Origin: Candidatus Bathyarchaeota archaeon
GTDB lineage: Archaea; Thermoproteota; Bathyarchaeia; Bathyarchaeales; Bathycorpusculaceae
Length of the DNA stretch: 64,000 bases
Reading direction: 5' to 3'
Assembly (NCBI GenBank): GCA_963768425.1
Contig: CAVYHV010000017.1
Coordinates: 160,001 to 224,000 of the forward strand
The notes under the pieces: model-generated
Seen by the model: the letters and a program-made list of their open reading frames with translations, nothing else
Databases searched by the model: none
Told to the model about the DNA's origin: nothing
Program-made: the position numbers and the translations under genes
In this document: positions 1 to 11,451 of the stretch, piece by piece
Layout of the letters: each line of letters begins with the position of its first letter
How positions within the stretch are numbered: position 1 is the stretch's first letter

Positions 1-1516
1 GGATGAAAGATTGGTCGATGGATCTTGGGACTCCGCCTGTTTGGGGTGAGAAAGCAACCTCTGTCATTAGGATGAGGAATATGAGGAAGATTGCGACTCC
101 GCTATACTCTTTGCTGACGCGTGCAAGTTTTCGTTTTGTTTTCGCTAGGCTGCGGGGCGATTCCTTGAGCAGAGTGTAGAATGGTTTGAGTACGCTTAAG
201 ACACCTACTGCTGCTATGACGGCGAAAGCTGGAGCGAATATTGCAAGCAAACGAATCATTGATGCTGCAAAGAAGAGTGCTGTTACTGCAAAGATTATGA
301 AGAAGACGTTTTTGGTCGTCGGGTTCCTCAGAATGAAATACAGTCCAACTAGGAAGAATAGTATGCCGACACCTAGTTCAAGGTAAACGTTTCCCCAAGC
401 TGTAATTTGTTGTTCAGCTACTGAGTTGATGATGGGTGAAGAAGCCCTGATGAATGGGTCTAGCACTGTTTCGAATTTTCCTGTTATTCCAGCGCCGTTG
501 ATGACTCCAGTTGCAACTAACCCGGCGAAGCCTCCGATAACCACAACCAATGCGCCTAATGCCATGGTTAGTTTGGTTCTCATAGAGAGGTTATAATGCA
601 GAAGTTCTGCGATAAGAAGTACCACGAATCCGGCTGCGACAGGAAGGACTGCGCCTGAAGTCAAATACGACAACCCCATGTATGGGACTTTGGTTGCGAT
701 CATCAGCGCTAAACCGAAAGTTATGCTATAGCTGAGGAGTAAGCGTTGGCTGTACCGTCGTAGCATAAGCATAACGAACGTGAATAGGACTGTTGCATCT
801 ATCATGTAGTAGGCGCCTCCCCAGCCTGCGATGAAGTAAGCTAAGGTTGCTGCTGCACCAATGGAGTAAAGTATGGATGCCCGCAGGGACTTGTTGCTAT
901 CAATTGACCTTAGAAACAGGAAGACAAAAAGTATCAGACCGATCGTGCCTGGAACCTGCGTGTCGAAAAACCCTAACGAAGTTCTTTCGATAATCGATGG
1001 TTCTAAAGCGATAAAAAGTGCGGAAAACAAGCCTACGGCTCTTCCGCCGATATCTTTGCCTAACAAGTACATCACGTAAACTGCAAGGACACCAATAGCA
1101 GGAGGAACCAATGCGCAAAGCGTTATCATATTAACGTTTGCGCCTAACGCATGGATTACGTCGTAGGCCACTGCTCCGGTTATTGGTATTGAAGGCAGTG
1201 CTGTAGCCATGTTAAGTCCAAAAGGATACCATAGTTGGTTGTTTATCCAGTGAGTAGGCCAGTAAGGCGAAAGCAAACCATGGGTAACCATGTATTGCGT
1301 CACCGTAAACTGATAGTAGGGATCGAATTCGTTTAGCGTTGTAGTTCCCGATGCAAGGTTTTCCCAACGCAGCGGCAAAATGCGGATAACAAACGAAACA
1401 AACAGAATTAGCGCTAGCGCAGAATATGCAATTATCGTGCCGTGACTAACTTCAAGACGTAGTCTGCTAAAAGGTGCTAGCCTTTTACTAAGCCGGTCTT
1501 TAATTCCTTCCCCCAC
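1..1516 (-). CDS. aglB: Oligosaccharyltransferase AglB/STT3, runs off the left edge of the window
   Basis: Absent from the ORF track. Manual translation from GTG at 1516 gives MGEGIKDRL...IRILPLRWENL...LNEFDPYYQ (STT3 EFDP motif), then GFFDT, WGGAY and NSVAEQQ (SVSE-like motif), with many TM segments. Confidence 0.88.
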   Translation of the reverse strand, partial: MGEGIKDRLSKRLAPFSRLRLEVSHGTIIAYSALALILFVSFVIRILPLRWENLASGTTTLNEFDPYYQFTVTQYMVTHGLLSPYWPTHWINNQLWYPFGLNMATALPSIPITGAVAYDVIHALGANVNMITLCALVPPAIGVLAVYVMYLLGKDIGGRAVGLFSALFIALEPSIIERTSLGFFDTQVPGTIGLILFVFLFLRSIDSNKSLRASILYSIGAAATLAYFIAGWGGAYYMIDATVLFTFVMLMLRRYSQRLLLSYSITFGLALMIATKVPYMGLSYLTSGAVLPVAAGFVVLLIAELLHYNLSMRTKLTMALGALVVVIGGFAGLVATGVINGAGITGKFETVLDPFIRASSPIINSVAEQQITAWGNVYLELGVGILFFLVGLYFILRNPTTKNVFFIIFAVTALFFAASMIRLLAIFAPAFAVIAAVGVLSVLKPFYTLLKESPRSLAKTKRKLARVSKEYSGVAIFLIFLILMTEVAFSPQTGGVPRSIDQSFI

Positions 1517-1857
1517 TTTAAGCCATCCTTGTACAGCGATTGATTACTCGTTTGTTAATTCTTTACTTATACACATTGGAGGTTTATTTATGGCTTTCCA
1601 AAATGCATCAATATGGATTTGAAGACTGCGTGGCTTAGAGGAAGCAACAATTTAAACAAATGATTAGATTCTGCATGGTTTTTCCAGTCAAAACAGCCAT
1701 AAGGACAGCGGAAGGAAGACAGAAAACGATGCAGCGAGAAGCCAAAAGAGGAAAAACACGTACCTGCAACTATTTGAAGCTAAACAGAAGAAGAATTTGC
1801 GCATCCTGGTTGTACTCTTATTTAGAGGCACTGTATCTTGTTCTGTCGTGAAGACAT

Positions 1858-3216
1858 TTGTTGAAGGATGCTTGGACAGTCGCCATTGAAACCTTAAGCT
1901 GGATGGAAATGCAGAAGCTAAGCGAACACTTAGCGCTCGCAAGAACCATCAATCAACTTGGCGTAAAAGACCCAAACGCCATACGCTATGCCTATGGTCT
2001 CGTTGTCGAAACCATACGACGCCGAAATCTAATAGACAAATTCGTAAACACTGTGGTTGTGCCCAAAAAAATCAGCGACTACAACCTTGGGATCCAAAGC
2101 TTCCTTCGGCTCTACGTTTACCAGACCCGCATGACGAAGAACTGGGGAAAAGTCAACCTTCAAGAAGCCCAACACATTGCCAGCATGGGCAGAGCCATCC
2201 TCGGATGGGAAATCCTACGGGAAGTCGAGCAGTACCTCGGGTTTCTGCTCACACGCCAACTGCAGCCTATCCTTGAGGCAGCAAGCGACGAAGAACAGGT
2301 CAGCCTTGAAACTTTTCATCCCATATGGTTCGTCAGGTACTGCTTCAACCTTATGGGACGCAACGAGGCCATTGCGTTTCTGCAGGGAAGTATGAACCCG
2401 CCGCCCACCTACCTTCGAGTCAACACGTTAAAGTCAACCGAAGAAGCCATTGTGCAAAAATTAGATGTTGCAGGCGTCAAACTGGAAAAAGCATCGCCTC
2501 TGAAGTTCACGTATAAAGTATGCGAAACCAAGCAGCCACTGAACAGTTTATCCAGCTATAAAGAAGGATTATTCTATGTCCAGGACAAAGCAAGTTGCTT
2601 CGCAACAGAAGCCGCCGACCCTAAAGAAGGCAGCATTGTCTTCGACATATGCGCTGCTCCGGGCGCCAAAACCACCTATCTCGCCCAGCAGATGCGAAAC
2701 AACGGCGACATCTACTCCGTGGATTTTTCAGGCCGAAGGATGCAGACGTGGAAGCTGGAAACTAACCGCATGGGAACCAAAATTGCCGAGCCTGTTATTG
2801 CCAGCGCATGTGTCAGCCTGCCATTTTGGGGCGAAGCAAACCTGATTGTTCTGGATCCGCCATGCACGGGCACAGGGATCTTCGCAAAACAGCCCTCAGC
2901 CAAATGGCGCATCACTTCAAAATCTATCAGCAAAATGGCAGATATTCAATGGCAAATGATCAACAACTGCGCGGAAAAAGTGGCGGCGGGGGGGGTCATG
3001 ATTTATTCAACGTGTAGCATAACAGTCGAGGAAAATGAGATGATTGTTGAGAGGTTCCTGAAAGATCACCCCGAGTTTAGCTTGGCAGAAATCAAGCCAG
3101 AACTGGGGTCACCAGGATTGCGTGGATTAAGCCAATGCCAGCGGCTTTACCCGCACATTCATCAATGCAACGGATTCTTCATAGCAAAACTACAAAAAGA
3201 GAAAAAAACCGGTTAG
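1858..3216 (+). CDS. RsmB/NOP2 (Fmu/Sun) family RNA m5C methyltransferase
   Basis: YVQDKAS, DICAAPGAKT, LDPPCTGTG and YSTCS motifs; NusB-like N-terminus. Confidence 0.92.
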   Translation: MLKDAWTVAIETLSWMEMQKLSEHLALARTINQLGVKDPNAIRYAYGLVVETIRRRNLIDKFVNTVVVPKKISDYNLGIQSFLRLYVYQTRMTKNWGKVNLQEAQHIASMGRAILGWEILREVEQYLGFLLTRQLQPILEAASDEEQVSLETFHPIWFVRYCFNLMGRNEAIAFLQGSMNPPPTYLRVNTLKSTEEAIVQKLDVAGVKLEKASPLKFTYKVCETKQPLNSLSSYKEGLFYVQDKASCFATEAADPKEGSIVFDICAAPGAKTTYLAQQMRNNGDIYSVDFSGRRMQTWKLETNRMGTKIAEPVIASACVSLPFWGEANLIVLDPPCTGTGIFAKQPSAKWRITSKSISKMADIQWQMINNCAEKVAAGGVMIYSTCSITVEENEMIVERFLKDHPEFSLAEIKPELGSPGLRGLSQCQRLYPHIHQCNGFFIAKLQKEKKTG

Positions 3217-3800
3217 AGCTTCGGTTCCGAAATCGCATAGTGTTCCGCTGAGGAGTTTCCTTGGTGAATAAGGGGTAGGTTATTTTTGTTCCTTCAACCT
3301 GAGCCATCTCGCTTACCTCGTGGTTGATGAGGCTGGTTACGCTTATGATGTGCTGCACTTTTATGTGCCGAACCACGAGGGCATCTGAGATAAGACTTCG
3401 GTGGCATCGCCAAGGCAACGCTTCAGCGCACATCAGCGCCAAGAGGTTTTCCTGTGCGAGGGCGATGATTTTTAACAGGTTTTCGGTGAATTCTTTGGTT
3501 TGCATGAAATCGGCGTAGCCTCGGAAACCCATGTTTTTCCAAGCGAGGTTAATGGAGTCATGTTTGGGTCTGCGTAAGCCGCCGATTTCTGGCATATGGA
3601 TGTATCTTATGCCCTCTGAGTTTGAGGCTGCCAGGCAGTGTTTCCTTGTTGAACTGTGGGTTGTGCCTGCTGCGAGGAACCGTACGCACATCAACTACTA
3701 AGGTCACGCGGTAGGTTTTGAGCAAAACGATAACCTCGTCAAGCGTTCGTGTTGAGTGCCCGATCGTGAAGAGGGTTAACTGCGTCTCCTTAGACAACAA
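3179..3800 (-). CDS. DUF488 family protein, split by a frameshift
   Basis: FTIGHSTR...DVRTVPRSRHNPQFN (3558-3800) continues as GGLR...GFRGYADFM...LMCAEALPWRCHRSLI (3179-3694). Confidence 0.85.
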
Positions 3801-3866
3801 GGTACCTCAGCAGGACTTATGCTTGTGTTGAAATATAAGAATTCAATACTTAGAATGCCAGGCACA

Positions 3867-4775
3867 TTAGGCGTCATATTTTTTTCTTGATTTTTCCAAT
3901 TGGCAAAGCATTTCGCATATTACTTTTGCCGCTGCAATCGCAGAGATTCCCTGATCATAGGTGGGCACAACCTCAACCAAGTCAAAGCCGAGCACCCGTT
4001 TATCGCATAGGGCACACACAAGGTCTATGAGCTGGGTCGTGCTGATTCCTTCGGGTTCAGGGTTCTGCACTGCCGGCGCAAACGCTGGATCAAGCACATC
4101 CATATCCACTGTCAAATACAGGTTCTCGTACGGCAGAAGCTTCTCTTTGAGCTGTTCCCCAATGAGCAGTGAACCTTGCGTGATAATTTCTCGGGAAGTA
4201 AAAAAGTCCACATGGGCTTTCTTCGCGTAAGCCAACTCTTCCTTGCAGGCACTGCGAGTGCCAACCTCAACGATTTTAGCTGGCTTGACTTCCTCGCTTA
4301 TCAGCTGCATAAATGTCGTGTGAGAAAGGGTTGAACCAAGAAATTCACAGCGCAAATCTAGATGGGCATCGAAGCTTACAATAGCCGTTTTAGCAGCCTT
4401 TGCGCCTAATCCCTTCGCAGCCCCAAGCGTAACCGTGTGTTCCCCGCCCAAAGCGACAGGCAACTTCCCAGCCGCCAAAATCTCATCCGACACAAGGCGG
4501 GTCATGTCGACGGTTTTCTGCGCTTCCATGGAAACGGCCAAGTCGCCTGCGTCATGCAATGCTAAATCTTCAACGTCGACCCCGCTGCGGAAACTGTAAG
4601 TTTCGATATTCAAAGAGGCCTGCCTAATCGCCGCTGGAGCAAACCTTGCGCCGTTGCGGTAAGTGCTTGTTGCATCGAAGGGAACACCGAAAACCACGTA
4701 TTTCGCCTCTTCAAATGGCTTCTGGACGCCACTAAAAACATTGGTTTGAGAAGCGAACAATTCGAGATAACTCAT
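3867..4775 (-). CDS. speB: Agmatinase (ureohydrolase family)
   Basis: GVPFDATSTYRNGAR, GGEHT, FDAHLD and DMDVLDPAFAP metal-binding motifs. Confidence 0.9.
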   Translation of the reverse strand: MSYLELFASQTNVFSGVQKPFEEAKYVVFGVPFDATSTYRNGARFAPAAIRQASLNIETYSFRSGVDVEDLALHDAGDLAVSMEAQKTVDMTRLVSDEILAAGKLPVALGGEHTVTLGAAKGLGAKAAKTAIVSFDAHLDLRCEFLGSTLSHTTFMQLISEEVKPAKIVEVGTRSACKEELAYAKKAHVDFFTSREIITQGSLLIGEQLKEKLLPYENLYLTVDMDVLDPAFAPAVQNPEPEGISTTQLIDLVCALCDKRVLGFDLVEVVPTYDQGISAIAAAKVICEMLCQLEKSRKKYDA

Positions 4776-5117
4776 GCTACAATCGACCCTCTGCCACGTG
4801 TTATTGCGTCAAGACTTGTTCTAAACTTTTTCGCTATGACCTATTTTTAACGACTCAAAGCTTAGGGAAAAGCGTACTTTGCGAGGGAACACTTCATTCT
4901 TTGGAGAGAGTAATGGGATTACTTTCGATTTAGAAATGCCGTTGGATATTTTTAACCCGTCAGATTATATTGGCTCCATTCAAGATAAGCACCCTTAGTT
5001 TACCTGATAGCTCTTGTCGGCTTCCCGAACACTTTGCTTATACTAGTCGGGCGTCATCGTAAGGATCGGTAGATTCGCTTCCCAATTTTCCAAAATTACC
5101 ATTCTGCCATAGTTTTC

Positions 5118-5609
5118 ATGGTTGAATTATCTGCTGCCTTCTTGATAATGAAAAGAAAGTTTACCTCAAAGGTAACGGACTACCTTGCTCTTTCCCGCAC
5201 TGCAAAACTTATTAATTCAACCCTGAATGCATTAGGTAAAGGCGAGCAAAAAGTGACTTTGGCATTAGCGTCTAGACTGAAAGACTTCAACCGCATCGAA
5301 ATCATATCGTTAGCTTTCTACGCGCTTAGCGGATTAATCCTTCTCATTTCCCTGCCCTTCACAGACTACGCACCGCAACTTGGGCTTCTGGGAATCCTGA
5401 GCCTAATCGTGGCTTACGGCGTCTTCACAAAACGGTTTTGGGCTCCATACTTAGTATTTGTCCTGTTCGTAGCTGCATCAACTTTCGCACTCTACACGTT
5501 GATCGTAGCAGGATTCACCAACGTATTGGTTGGCTTGAGCATGCTTGGCTACCTAGTGCTTACCTGGGTGTTTGCTATTTACTTGTTACTGATAAGAAGA
5601 AAACCCTAA
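5118..5609 (+). CDS. Hypothetical 4-TM membrane protein; true start probably GTG near 5253
   Basis: Four hydrophobic segments and a basic RRKP tail. Confidence 0.6.
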   Translation: MVELSAAFLIMKRKFTSKVTDYLALSRTAKLINSTLNALGKGEQKVTLALASRLKDFNRIEIISLAFYALSGLILLISLPFTDYAPQLGLLGILSLIVAYGVFTKRFWAPYLVFVLFVAASTFALYTLIVAGFTNVLVGLSMLGYLVLTWVFAIYLLLIRRKP

Positions 5610-5925
5610 ACCTAAAATTTTTTGAAACAATCCAATTATTGCCCTTCAACAAGAGTGTGATTTTGACGCACGAGCCATTATAGTTCGGGCGTTCTATTTT
5701 AGCAGTGGATTTGAATGCACGTAATATCCCCAAATAAGCGTAGAGAACAAGGAAACTTGAAAGAGTTAATTAACTAGAACTTGCCGATTCGCAAAAACTA
5801 ATTTGTTCAAGCAAGCCATCGCTTACTTTGATGAATAATTTCAAAAAGCAAAAAGTTATTGAGACCCATAACCGTTCTTAACAAACTCAGCTTACGATAA
5901 AGAAAAAAAGAGCCCTTTGCTCAGC

Positions 5926-7177
5926 CTACACTTTTCCTGCAACGTTGCGAAACAGAAACACCAGCACTTCTTGGTCTGAGTCAACAAACTGCTCATTTTC
6001 AGGAATTTCCACGAATCCATCAGCCTTCGCCAAGGTGGTGATTGCCCCTGAAGCACCTGATTCTACGGGTTCAGCAATCAAACGGCAGTTTTTGTTAAAC
6101 ATCAACCTCACCATAACAAAAGTACGCCTGCCTTTTGCACTAAACATGCGCGAACCAGCAGCTGCTCTAATCGTTTTCATTGCGCCGACAGGTCTTCCAG
6201 CTAACTGCTGAATCAAAGGTCTAGCAAGCAAATAGAAAATCAGAAGTGCTGAAGTGGGGTGACCTGGCAAAGAAAAGACGGGTTTTTCTCCGATGAATGC
6301 AATGGTGGTTGGTTTTCCAGGCTTAACTGCGATACCGTAGACTACGATACCTGGTTTGCCCAATGAATCTACTATTTGCGGAGTATAGTCCCGTGGACCT
6401 ACAGAGACGCCGCCGGAGGTGATGACCATGTCGGCTGAAGCCAATGCTAAATGCAAAGCCTTAGACAATGCCTCTTTGTCATCGGGGACTACACCGAAAT
6501 AGACGGGTTTGCCGCCGCTTTCCGTTACAGCTGTGGAGATGCTGTAGGCATTGATGTCGTAGATTTTACCTGGCGGAAGGGGCTTGCCGGGCTCGGTTAC
6601 TTCGCCACCTGTCGACAAAACAGCAATCATAGGGATCCTGTGATACCTGAACTTTGGTCAAACCTAAAGCGGCTAAAACACCGATTTCTGAAGAACCTAA
6701 AAGCTGTCCTTTCTTAAGAACTGCCTCGCCCTTCTTGATATCTGAGCCGCATTTCATAACGTTCTCGTTAGGGGTGATGGGCGTGAAAACATGCAGTTCG
6801 CTGTCTTCCCGCTCTGTGTCCTCAACCATAACCACAGCGTTGGCCCCCTCAGGAATCGGCGCTCCAGTGACAATTTCAACCGCCTCACCCTTTGCGACGT
6901 TAACCTTAGGCTGTTCCCCGATGTTTACGACTCCACAGACTTTGAGGGTTGCAGGCTGGTTTTCGTCTGCTCCGAAGGTGTCTTCGGCTTTCACTGCGTA
7001 ACCGTCCATTGTAGAGCGGCTAAACGGCGGAATATCTAGCGTTGAAACCACATCTTCAGCCAAAACCCGATTGTATGCTTCAAGCAACACCGCCTCTTCC
7101 TCGCCCAGAGCTGATGGCTTAAATTGAGATGCGATGGCTCTTTGTGCTTCCTCAAACGTCATAAGCTTCCTAAACAT
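5926..7177 (-). CDS. moeA: Molybdopterin molybdotransferase MoeA (second copy), frameshifted near 6630
   Basis: PPFSRSTMDGYAV, TGAPIPEGA; then STGGEV, TSGGVSVG, KPGKP, LPGHP. Confidence 0.9.
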
Positions 7178-8425
7178 TTACACAGCCTCCACTGTGCCAA
7201 ACATTTGCACAATTACTGTTTCGCCTTCGCTTACGCCTTCACGGTTCTCTGGAACGACAACGAAGCCGTTGCTCTGTGTCATGGTAGAAATCGAACCTGA
7301 ACCCTTCGCGCTCACAGGCTCAGCGTAAAACTCCCCATCATTCAAGGTCACATGGACCCGAACGTACGTTTTTCGTCCCAAGGCGCTTGAAACCCGTCTC
7401 GTCAAAACTGCCTTCAACATGGGTCTTGGCTCCGAGTCAACCATGCCGAGCAACCTACAAACCATCGGACGACCGAATACTTCGAAGCCTACAATTGCAG
7501 CAACAGGGTTACCTGACAAAATTAAAACAGGTTTGCCTTCCAACATTGAAAGAGCCGTGGGCATAGCAGGTCTAAGCGCAACGCCATGAACAACCACGCC
7601 AGGCTTTCCCAGCTTGTTGACAGCATCAGGCACCAAGTCAAAACCACCGACGCTTGTGCCGCCAGTTGTGATTACAGCATCCTGCGTTTTTAGCGCCTCG
7701 CGGATTTTTTCGGCGATTTCATCCAAATTGTCTTTTGCGATTCCATAGTCGGTTGTTTCTGCTCCGAGTTCTCGGCATACTCCTGAAATCATGATCTTGT
7801 TGGAGTCATAAATTAGGCTGCCGCTAAGTTTTGCTCCGGGCTCTGCCAATTCGTTTCCTGTGGCGACTATGCCGATTTTGGGTTTCGCGGCAACTTGTAG
7901 TTGGCTGAAGCCTAACGCTGCAGCTAACCCGATGTGGTAGGGATTCAATCGTGCCCCAGCCTTTGCGATGATAGCGCCTTTTTTGAGGTCTTCCCCAACT
8001 TTGGCAACGTTTTCGCCTGGCAAAAGTCGACCCCAAACCTCAAGGTTGCCCTCTTCTTTCTCAGTGTTTTCTAGCATGACGACGGCGTCTGCTCCTTTAG
8101 GAATTGGGTTTCCCGTCCAAATCGGCTTGGCTTGTTTGGGGCCTATCTCTTGGCTGTCTGTGAGTAAGAAACCTGCGGGTTTAGATTGTGAAGCGCCAAT
8201 TGAATCTGCCGAACTCAAGGCATATCCATCCATTGCTGACTTGTCAAACCGCGGCAGACTTTCCTCGGCAATGATGTCTTCAGCTAAAACCCGTCCTAAC
8301 GCATCCTGCAAAGACACCGGTTCGACCTTCGGTTTGCCAATCCGCAGCGTTTCAAGCCAAGTTTGCAGGGCTTGGTCCGTAAAGGTTAGTTTTTGGAATC
8401 CTTTGAGTTTCACCACGCCTATCAC
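7178..8425 (-). CDS. moeA: Molybdopterin molybdotransferase MoeA (first copy)
   Basis: PRFDKSAMDGYA, ATGNEL, TTGGTSVG, LSGNPVA. Confidence 0.92.
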   Translation of the reverse strand: MIGVVKLKGFQKLTFTDQALQTWLETLRIGKPKVEPVSLQDALGRVLAEDIIAEESLPRFDKSAMDGYALSSADSIGASQSKPAGFLLTDSQEIGPKQAKPIWTGNPIPKGADAVVMLENTEKEEGNLEVWGRLLPGENVAKVGEDLKKGAIIAKAGARLNPYHIGLAAALGFSQLQVAAKPKIGIVATGNELAEPGAKLSGSLIYDSNKIMISGVCRELGAETTDYGIAKDNLDEIAEKIREALKTQDAVITTGGTSVGGFDLVPDAVNKLGKPGVVVHGVALRPAMPTALSMLEGKPVLILSGNPVAAIVGFEVFGRPMVCRLLGMVDSEPRPMLKAVLTRRVSSALGRKTYVRVHVTLNDGEFYAEPVSAKGSGSISTMTQSNGFVVVPENREGVSEGETVIVQMFGTVEAV

Positions 8426-8484
8426 GGTAGGACAGTAGCGAACTTCACGTAAAAAACATATCGAAACAAAAAAGCCTAATTAGC

Positions 8485-9030
8485 CTAGGACACTGTACCT
8501 GATTTATCTTTTGGCTGTGCCTGTTCGGCCATCTGCTTAAGAAACGTTTTTATGCCTTCTTGTTGCCCGTAAACTACTAGTCGCCCGTCTTTTTGCTGGT
8601 TCACTGAAAGGCTGTTTTCCTTGGCAATCACGGTAAGCTTCTCGGCAGACAAGTTGGGCATAGGTTCAACTCTTATCCACTTCTGGTCTCTTGGAATTCC
8701 TGTGATAAGGGTTGATTCGATTTCCCCTTTTGGTTCATAGGTTGGCAAGCTAGCTTCGTCAAGCCGCTTGAGCCATTCATCGACCTCTTCTGAACTCATG
8801 GCGATTTCTGTTTGTGTAATAAGCAGCGATTCGACGCTGCCAAGGATCTCTTCCAGCTTCAAGGCAACGTCACCCGTGCTTACTCCTGCGTCTGCGATTT
8901 TGATCATCATCTTCGCACTTCTTAAATCATTAATTACGTTCGGTGGAGCGTCGTAGCCTTTTTTCCGCAGTGCCAACATCAAGTCTTCAAGCACCTTCCA
9001 CTTCTCAGTGTAGCCCATCAACATCCTCAA
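8485..9030 (-). CDS. Conserved archaeal protein, DUF2096-like
   Basis: N-terminal KWKVLEDL...VINDLRSAK pattern recalled for this family; full-length ORF. Confidence 0.6.
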   Translation of the reverse strand: MRMLMGYTEKWKVLEDLMLALRKKGYDAPPNVINDLRSAKMMIKIADAGVSTGDVALKLEEILGSVESLLITQTEIAMSSEEVDEWLKRLDEASLPTYEPKGEIESTLITGIPRDQKWIRVEPMPNLSAEKLTVIAKENSLSVNQQKDGRLVVYGQQEGIKTFLKQMAEQAQPKDKSGTVS

Positions 9031-9201
9031 CTATTCTATGGTTAAAAGTGACCTTAAAACCTTGCTTTATTATTTTGGAAAGGAATAAATTCTCTAGTTT
9101 TTGATATATTTGCAGAGGTAACGGTTTTGTTTGAAGATGAGAGATTTCGGAGTCCCATGCAGAAGTGCCAGCGTCAGCAGTAAACGTGAGGTGGACAGGA
9201 C

Positions 9202-10574
9202 ATGAGGCTTCAAGTGATTAAGTCGGAGGGGTTAGCGCACAACAGCTACTTCCTGGCAGACAAAGGCGAAGCAGTTGTAGTTGACCCAAGACGCGACTGC
9301 GAAATCTACACGGAGCTTGCTAAGGAGGAATGCGTATCCATTCGCTATATCCTTGAAACCCACCGTAACGAAGACTATGTCTCGGGCGCAGTTGAGTTGA
9401 AAAACTTGACTGAAGCAGAAATCGGGCACAGCAATGCTCTGCAGTTCAAGTGCGGAGAGCATAACCTCTCCGACGGCGACATCCTAAATCTTGGCGACGT
9501 CAAAATCAAAGCGCTCCACACTCCGGGACACACAAACGAATCCCTTTGCTACCTCATTTACCTATAGGCAGCAGCGAGGCAACCATGATATTCAGCGGCG
9601 ACACACTTTTTGCTGGCTCCGTGGGAAGAACCGACCTATACGGCAAACCTACACTACAAAGTCAGGCTGAAAAACTCTTCACGAGCCTCCACGAAAAAAT
9701 TTTGCCACTTGGCGACCATGTTGTTGTTTACCCCGCGCATGGAGCGGGAAGCATCTGTGGACATGACATAAGCGGGCAGGAGCCAACAACTATTGGGTAC
9801 GAGAAAAAAACCAACCCATACCTTCAACTAACAATGGAAGATTTCCTGTACAAATCCTCCTCAGAAGAACTTTTTGCGCCGAAGTATTTTCGCGAAATGG
9901 AAGAATATAACCTGAACGGACCGCCCTTGCTGAGCAAGCTGGCTTACCCCGAGCCTTTTTCGCTTCAGGAGTTTGAAGAGAAAATGCAGGAAAGCTTCGT
10001 CGTAGCAATGGACACTAGGATGCCTTACGCCTTTGCAGGTTCACATATTTCCAACTCGCTGAGTATGTGGCTTGGCGGAACCAGCGTATACCCTGGTTGG
10101 TTACTGGAAACCCGTCAATACCTAGTTTTTGTTCATGAACGACCAAGCGACATCGACATTGTTGCACGGAGACTCCGGAGACTCGGGTTTGACAACATGT
10201 GCGGTTACCTTTGCGGAGGCATGAACGAGTGGCAAGAAGCTGGAAAACCTCTAAGTCGAAGTGGCACAATATCGGCGCTTGAGCTTAAAACAAGACTGAA
10301 CAAAGACGAGGTTTCCCTTTTAGATGTTCGTGAACCAAGTGAATGGAGGGAAGAAGGCACAGTAGAAGGCGCCATGCGAATTTTCTTCGCTGACCTACCA
10401 GAAAAAGCGGATATCCTCTCAAGGGACAAGCCCATTGCTGTGACATGCTCAGTGGGAAACCGCGCCAGCACAGCCGTCAGCATACTGCAACGGGCAGACT
10501 TCAGCAACGTTAGCAACGTGTTGGGCGGCATGACCGCTTGGACAAACCTTGGCTACTCGACCAAGAAAGGTTAA
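9202..10574 (+). CDS. MBL-fold hydrolase fused to two rhodanese domains (persulfide dioxygenase-like), frameshifted near 9560
   Basis: ETHRNEDY, HTPGHT, GDTLF.GSVGRTDL, PAHGAGS; rhodanese DVREPSEW and CSVGNRA. Confidence 0.85.
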
Positions 10575-10590
10575 ACCCATTTGCGTTAGC

Positions 10591-11322
10591 TTATTCTGCT
10601 TTTTCCTCAATCATTGCCTTTGCCATTCGGCTGAGTTTATCCTTTGGCTCCAACAGCTCTTGAACGAGTTTAAATTGTCGCTTGTAGATGTGGCAGTTCT
10701 TGGAGTGAAAAATCAGCTTGCCTGTTCTTATGGAAAGATTTCCGCGGTCGTTGATTTCCGCCACGAAAGCCTCGTTGAATAGTTGGAGTCCAGCTATGTT
10801 TGCAGGTAGTCCAGCATAGGCATCCCAGCTGCGGAAGTAGCATGTTAGATGCATTTTGCCTTCAAGGATCTCTGTGTCGATTAGACTTAGACATGGGGGT
10901 TCGTGACGCTCGGTTGTGCCGTGGCGAAAAAGTTTGATGTCGTCGGGCAATCTTACAACCATTGTAATTTGCCTGTCTCTTTGCTCTTTCATGTAGCGTT
11001 TAATGGCTTCTTCAACTTGATCAACCGGTTCTCGAAGCCTGCTGCCATAAGTGTAGGTTTCATCCTGCTTACCTTCGCCGCACCATAAATACGTCAACGC
11101 ATACCACTGGATGTATTTCATGTCGCAAGGAGCTTTGTCGCTCACAAGGGGACGGTTCTCTGGATGGTCAATCTCCAGCGTTAAATTGAGTTTCTTCGTG
11201 AGGGTTTCCTCTGACCCGTACCCAACTTGGAAATCGTCTCCTTCAGCCCATATACTGGTTAAAGCTTTGAACCAAGCGTCAGGGCAGTCAAACGCCGTTA
11301 TTTTAACGTGCTTCATATGCAA
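10591..11322 (-). CDS. Archaeal-type thymidylate synthase family protein
   Basis: YTYGSRL, PPCL (catalytic Cys), YFRSWD, GLPAN, HIY. Confidence 0.8.
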   Translation of the reverse strand: MHMKHVKITAFDCPDAWFKALTSIWAEGDDFQVGYGSEETLTKKLNLTLEIDHPENRPLVSDKAPCDMKYIQWYALTYLWCGEGKQDETYTYGSRLREPVDQVEEAIKRYMKEQRDRQITMVVRLPDDIKLFRHGTTERHEPPCLSLIDTEILEGKMHLTCYFRSWDAYAGLPANIAGLQLFNEAFVAEINDRGNLSIRTGKLIFHSKNCHIYKRQFKLVQELLEPKDKLSRMAKAMIEEKAE

Positions 11323-11451
11323 GCCTCCAAGACACGAAATAATGTTTAGCCGATTCGAATATAAGTTTGCACTTTAAGAGGGCACATAAGTTAGAAGCAA
11401 ACTCAAAACTTGTTCTAAAAACTAAAAAAATAAAGAAGAAAGTTGGGTTTT

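Noticed and set aside
4776-5250. Long intergenic region, possible ncRNA or gene remnant
   Set aside because: No tRNA-like fold, repeat or credible ORF recognised by eye.
5926-8425. Tandem moeA duplication
   Set aside because: Two adjacent MoeA paralogs are common in archaea.
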